NCBI GenBank assembly: GCA_965263355.1
Contig: CBDHHL010000034.1
Coordinates: 1 to 64,000, forward strand
Direction of reading: 5' to 3'
Length of the DNA: 64,000 nt
DNA from: Leptolyngbyaceae cyanobacterium
GTDB taxonomy: Bacteria; Cyanobacteriota; Cyanobacteriia; Phormidesmidales; Phormidesmidaceae
The translations under genes and the position numbers were made by a program. Below are positions 59,923-64,000 of the stretch, in pieces (the stretch's first letter is position 1; each line of letters starts with the position of its first letter). Below the pieces are notes generated by a model. The model saw only the letters and a program-made list of their open reading frames with translations. It ran no database searches and was not told the DNA's origin.

Positions 59923-62831
59923 GCAGCGTCCCCCTTAGGCCATAACACTTTACGAGACCAATAATTAGGACTCCATGGGTCATCTTTGGTCAGGTTTCCA
60001 TCCTTATCTCGGATGCCTGCGGATCGGTTCAGGTAATTTGCTTTGGCTTCAGGGCTGTAATTATGGCGATAGTCTTTATCTCCAAATGCGATGAGCATCA
60101 CCCGATCACCTTTTTTGGCAAGCACCTGACGCTTTTTGCCTTTTTGAGTAGCAGGAACGTCCTTATCAATCGTCCACCACTGGCCACGGTATTTTACTTT
60201 GCCATTGCGGCGAGGGAGGGTTGAGATAAGAGTGCCTTGTGCATCACTGCGTTTTTTCTTGGCCTTAGCTTTCCGTTTTGGCTGTGGCTTCTTAGGCTCG
60301 GAGCTGAGTCTGGAAATAGACTTCAGCTGACGCCTTAGGTCATTCAAGTTAGCCATTTGCTCATCACTCCCACCCCTGTCTGGATGGATCTGTCGAGCAA
60401 GATTTTTGTAGAAGCTATCGACAGACTCAGTTGAGCTAATATCTTCGTCTTTAACTCCAAAGTCTTTTATGTCTGCAATTTCAAATAACCCATTCTTTAG
60501 CCAAAGCCCAGGGTCGGCTTTCCCTTTCAGCGCACTTCTGACTTCAGCGGCGATAGATTCACCTTCTTTCCTTTTCGCTGAAATATCTTCTAGCGACACC
60601 ATTGGCCTGTTTTTGTGCGCAAGAAGTCGCTTTTTAATTTCTGGAGTCAATACGTCGGTCGGCTGAGCGATCTTCTTTGGCTGAGCATTTTTCTTGCTTG
60701 TACGCTTCCCCCTAACTTCTTTTACCCGTTTTGCAGTGCCTTTTTTTGCTCGTTTACAGCCTTTCCCCTCGGGCTTTTTCATCCCCACCCAGCCCCTCTG
60801 GGCATTACAAGGTGTCCCGGCTTTCTTCGCATCAACCTTAGCTAGTGCGTCGACCGCTGCGTCCCATTCACGAGAGTCGATACTAAAGTAGCTGCCATTA
60901 GGCCCACGGAATAGAGTTGATTCGCCCTGTTTTTTGCTTAACCGAACTGGTGTGTTAGCCCGCTTAGGTTGCGGGGCTTTAGTGCGCTTGAACATCTCGC
61001 GGGATAGGTTAGCGGCCTTTTTACGGATACTGCTTAACCCCTGGTCGCGACCCCAGCGAGACTCTAGTTTTTCTGCTTCCATGGCTAACTCACGGGCTTG
61101 ACGGGCTCGCTCGTCGGGGTCTTCGATAGCGCGAACCGCTTTAATCTTTTGGTTGAATTCGTTGGTTAGGTTTTTGCGTTCCCCCGCAGCAGCTTTCTTT
61201 TTGGCAGCTTCGATTATTTCTGCAGGAGGTTCTTTTATCTTCAGCGTGGCTCCACCCTGGCCCATCCGCTTAGCTGCGTTCTTCTGGGAGCTGCCGTACT
61301 TTTGGTTGTACTTTTCTGTGGCCAACCGGTATGCCGCTTTAAGAGGCATCGGTTTTTCGCCAAAAATCTCTACCTTGGTGACTTTCCCGTTTTTATTGGT
61401 GTCGTAACCTTCTAGTTCTGAGATAAAGAAATCGTCAGCGTTTCGATACCACTTACTGCGGTCATCAGGGTTATTTCTTATCCGTTCATGCTGAGCATTT
61501 TTACCCTCTGCCACCCAGTCCCCAAATGATTGAGGCGCGTTCGGGTCCAATGATTCCCCGCCTTCCTCTGACTTGGGTATTTTTTTGTAGGCCGATTCAA
61601 ATGCCAGGTCTTTCCCTCTCGGTGCCTTTTTCTTCTGGCTGCGTACTGGCTGAGGCTTATCGGCTGGGAATAGGCTTAGCTGCCCCCTGCGTTCTGCTTT
61701 CTCGGCAGCAGTGATGGTACGAGCTTTCGGAGGTTCGGGGTTCTTACCCCTGCGTTTACGCTCGATACGACGCACTCTGGCAGCCGTCCCAGGCTTAGCT
61801 CTTCGGCAACCTGGCTTAGTCCCTACCCACCCCCGTTGGTTATTGCAGGGCGTGCCGGTTTTGGCGTCTAGCTTCAGCATCGCCTCCAACGCATCCTTCC
61901 TAGCTTTTTGGCATGGTTCGCACTCACAGTCATCGTTACAGCCTTTCTTTCGTCGTCGGGGTTTAGCGTCAGATTTAGTCAGCATGGGCACTCGATACTC
62001 TTCTAGCTCAGCCAATGAGATTTCACGCATCCCACCAAAAAACTCTTTAGGCATGGCCTGCCCATAAATCATGCGTGCTTCAGCTGCATCATTAACACCG
62101 ATAATCATCTTCTCCTCATCAAATGCGCCATCGATTACCTGATCCACCACGAACACCAATGGACTAGCCAGGTTGGTCCCCACGTACACATCAACAGCCA
62201 TACCATCAGCTCCACGGGTACGACGAAAGTGACCATAAGCAGCAGGTAAAACACGGCCATGACGCTTCTCAAAAGGCAGGTACTGTAGACCAATTTCAAA
62301 GCCTTGCCATTTCAAAATACGCTTGACAGGAGTAGCGTCATCAGTGCGAGGCTTTTTTCTGTATTTTTCGTCTTCATCCTCAGCTTTGTAAGCGAATTCG
62401 TCGATGTCATCATCAGTTAGGTGAGGCGCTAACTTGATGTATTTTCTATATAATTCGATACTTTTTTTTATGTCTTTAAGCTCTTGCTGAACTCCTTCTG
62501 TGTCAGTCTCCATGGCACTTTCTGCTACGTCTGGGCCCTCCTTGATCCAACGCTCTATGTCTTTCATCCCCTGAAAATCATCATCAAGTTGCTTGTAGAT
62601 ATGCTTTGACATTCCTTCGTTAGTGTCCCGAATCCATTCACGGGCGGCAGTCTCGTCCCAATGACTATCAATAAAGTCGACGATTGCCTTTTTCCGGGTT
62701 GCTTCGTCCCGTAGATTGGGGCCTTTTTTGCGAGCCTTCGATCTCACGCAGCTTCCTAACGTGCCACTCCAGCTTCCCTTGCAAGGGCGGCTGTCAGTTC
62801 TTCGTTTTGGGGCGAGTGCTGTGGTTGTCAT
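59919..62831 (-). CDS. 970-aa multidomain head-associated (polyvalent-type) protein
   Basis: Inorganic-pyrophosphatase-like domain (YGH...T.GADG..VDVYVG...FDE.K), J-domain-like HPDRGG, C-terminal FGD..Y...SPNYWSRKVLW domain, QLSLF. Confidence 0.75.
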   Translation of the reverse strand: MTTTALAPKRRTDSRPCKGSWSGTLGSCVRSKARKKGPNLRDEATRKKAIVDFIDSHWDETAAREWIRDTNEGMSKHIYKQLDDDFQGMKDIERWIKEGPDVAESAMETDTEGVQQELKDIKKSIELYRKYIKLAPHLTDDDIDEFAYKAEDEDEKYRKKPRTDDATPVKRILKWQGFEIGLQYLPFEKRHGRVLPAAYGHFRRTRGADGMAVDVYVGTNLASPLVFVVDQVIDGAFDEEKMIIGVNDAAEARMIYGQAMPKEFFGGMREISLAELEEYRVPMLTKSDAKPRRRKKGCNDDCECEPCQKARKDALEAMLKLDAKTGTPCNNQRGWVGTKPGCRRAKPGTAARVRRIERKRRGKNPEPPKARTITAAEKAERRGQLSLFPADKPQPVRSQKKKAPRGKDLAFESAYKKIPKSEEGGESLDPNAPQSFGDWVAEGKNAQHERIRNNPDDRSKWYRNADDFFISELEGYDTNKNGKVTKVEIFGEKPMPLKAAYRLATEKYNQKYGSSQKNAAKRMGQGGATLKIKEPPAEIIEAAKKKAAAGERKNLTNEFNQKIKAVRAIEDPDERARQARELAMEAEKLESRWGRDQGLSSIRKKAANLSREMFKRTKAPQPKRANTPVRLSKKQGESTLFRGPNGSYFSIDSREWDAAVDALAKVDAKKAGTPCNAQRGWVGMKKPEGKGCKRAKKGTAKRVKEVRGKRTSKKNAQPKKIAQPTDVLTPEIKKRLLAHKNRPMVSLEDISAKRKEGESIAAEVRSALKGKADPGLWLKNGLFEIADIKDFGVKDEDISSTESVDSFYKNLARQIHPDRGGSDEQMANLNDLRRQLKSISRLSSEPKKPQPKRKAKAKKKRSDAQGTLISTLPRRNGKVKYRGQWWTIDKDVPATQKGKKRQVLAKKGDRVMLIAFGDKDYRHNYSPEAKANYLNRSAGIRDKDGNLTKDDPWSPNYWSRKVLWPKGDAA

Positions 62832-64000
62832 GAGTCTTTGGGTTGTTCGTCGTCAAAAAAATCATCATCTGGCCCAGGCTTTTCTGACTCGTCTCCAGTC
62901 GGCTCCTGTTCCAATCTTGCCTCAGCTTCCAATGCTGCCTTGTACTCTTCGGTTAGCGTGATTGTATCCTGGTACTCTTGCCCGCCGTAATGACTCAAAA
63001 TTGCGTTGGAAACAAAACGTTTATCAATAGCGCCTAGCGTTTGGATAATTGTTGCCCTATCTTTTTCTAAAGCTGCCTGCTGCTGGGCTGTTGGCTCAAA
63101 TAACTTATTCCACTTCCACCCAACATTGTCTAAAATCTCGCCCTTAGTTGGCCCCTCTTGTTGAGCCATGACAACGCCCAGGACGCCAATAAACTCAGGG
63201 TCTAGGCTAATCATGTTGGGGCTGATTTTAGCCTCTTGCTCCTGGGAAACCGTATCATTCCATAGGGTATGCTCTTCTTGAGACTCGCCAGACGCCCCTA
63301 ATCCAGCGCTGAACTCTCCAAACAATACAGCCGGGGGATATGGGGTATTGATTAACAGATACGTTTTGATTGTCTGCAGCAGTCCGTCATAACCGCCTAC
63401 CTGTCGAGTGACGTGCTCAATTGCTTCTTGGTCCATATCAGCCACGTAAGACCGAAAAGCAGACCGTGTTTTGGCATTCATCGCAGCGCTGTTAGCCACC
63501 ATCGACTTAGCGTTACTAGTGGCCCCATCGCAATCAGCTTGGAGCATTTCAGCCAAGCCTTTGATCTTGTGGACGATCACATCGAAGTCCTGGATCATTC
63601 TCCCAGCCCCTTTGATGCCGCCGTAATACTCCAGGAATGCCTCAACAACGAGGTCTAAAATACTGCGGTCGGTGCCGGGGAGGCTATATCGATTACCAAT
63701 AAACTCGTCATCTTCTTCGATGCCCGTGAACCAGAAAACACGAGACCGATGAATAATAATGCCCGACATACTGAAAACATCACCCTGGGTATTTAATCCT
63801 TGGGCGAACACCTGGTAGTGGCTATAGCTGGGGCCATCATTATGGAAAAAATAAGGCACCACTTGCCATTTGCTGGCTACACGAAGGGACCTAATCTTTT
63901 TGAGATTATTTAAGTCCAACGGTTCATACAAAGGTCTCCCGTCATCAGCATCCAGGATGACAGCTCCATTGCCGGTCTTAAAGGCTAGCCCCAACGCCAT
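62828..64000 (-). CDS. Portal protein (DUF1073-like), 5' end beyond window
   Basis: IHRSRV..F.G, G.D.L, P...LFG....GL.ASGE, W..LF.PT motifs. Confidence 0.85.
   Translation of the reverse strand: MALGLAFKTGNGAVILDADDGRPLYEPLDLNNLKKIRSLRVASKWQVVPYFFHNDGPSYSHYQVFAQGLNTQGDVFSMSGIIIHRSRVFWFTGIEEDDEFIGNRYSLPGTDRSILDLVVEAFLEYYGGIKGAGRMIQDFDVIVHKIKGLAEMLQADCDGATSNAKSMVANSAAMNAKTRSAFRSYVADMDQEAIEHVTRQVGGYDGLLQTIKTYLLINTPYPPAVLFGEFSAGLGASGESQEEHTLWNDTVSQEQEAKISPNMISLDPEFIGVLGVVMAQQEGPTKGEILDNVGWKWNKLFEPTAQQQAALEKDRATIIQTLGAIDKRFVSNAILSHYGGQEYQDTITLTEEYKAALEAEARLEQEPTGDESEKPGPDDDFFDDEQPKDS

Noticed and set aside
62828..64000. Anti-CBASS Acb1 label sometimes applied to DUF1073-like proteins
   Set aside because: No 2H-phosphoesterase HxT motif pair seen in the visible part; motifs and position fit a portal
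1..64000. tRNA/rRNA genes, terminase, endolysin
   Set aside because: None recognisable by eye; terminase and tape measure probably lie outside the window; tRNAscan was not run

Overview
The whole window reads as one temperate tailed phage or phage-like element with a probable cyanobacterial host (at least 11 HIP1 GCGATCGC sites seen, about 1 expected by chance). No host housekeeping genes are evident. Left to right: tail-tip and fibre genes (+, 1-6.8 kb); a mosaic accessory region (7-24 kb) with a duplicated 282-bp promoter/regulator cassette, a plasmid-like membrane protein/P-loop ATPase cluster, a Bro antirepressor, SSB and ERF; an immunity switch and replication/metabolism operon (initiator, primase-DnaB fusion, HNH, adenine methylase, ThyX; 25-34.5 kb); a large serine integrase; a compact type V-like CRISPR module (36.8-39.6 kb); signalling genes (FHA-TM, frameshifted PAS-EAL); a broken DNA methylase; and a minus-strand virion operon (beta-helix and fibre proteins, capsid, DUF2213-like protease/scaffold, tail tube, a 970-aa multidomain protein, partial portal). 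The most notable system is the CRISPR module: a ~564-aa TnpB/Cas12f-like RuvC nuclease with an RHH regulator, a divergent GNRA-rich putative tracrRNA, a 19-nt anti-repeat and a 4-repeat/3-spacer array, flanked by a 16-bp direct repeat. All family calls come from motif recognition by eye; no database searches were run.
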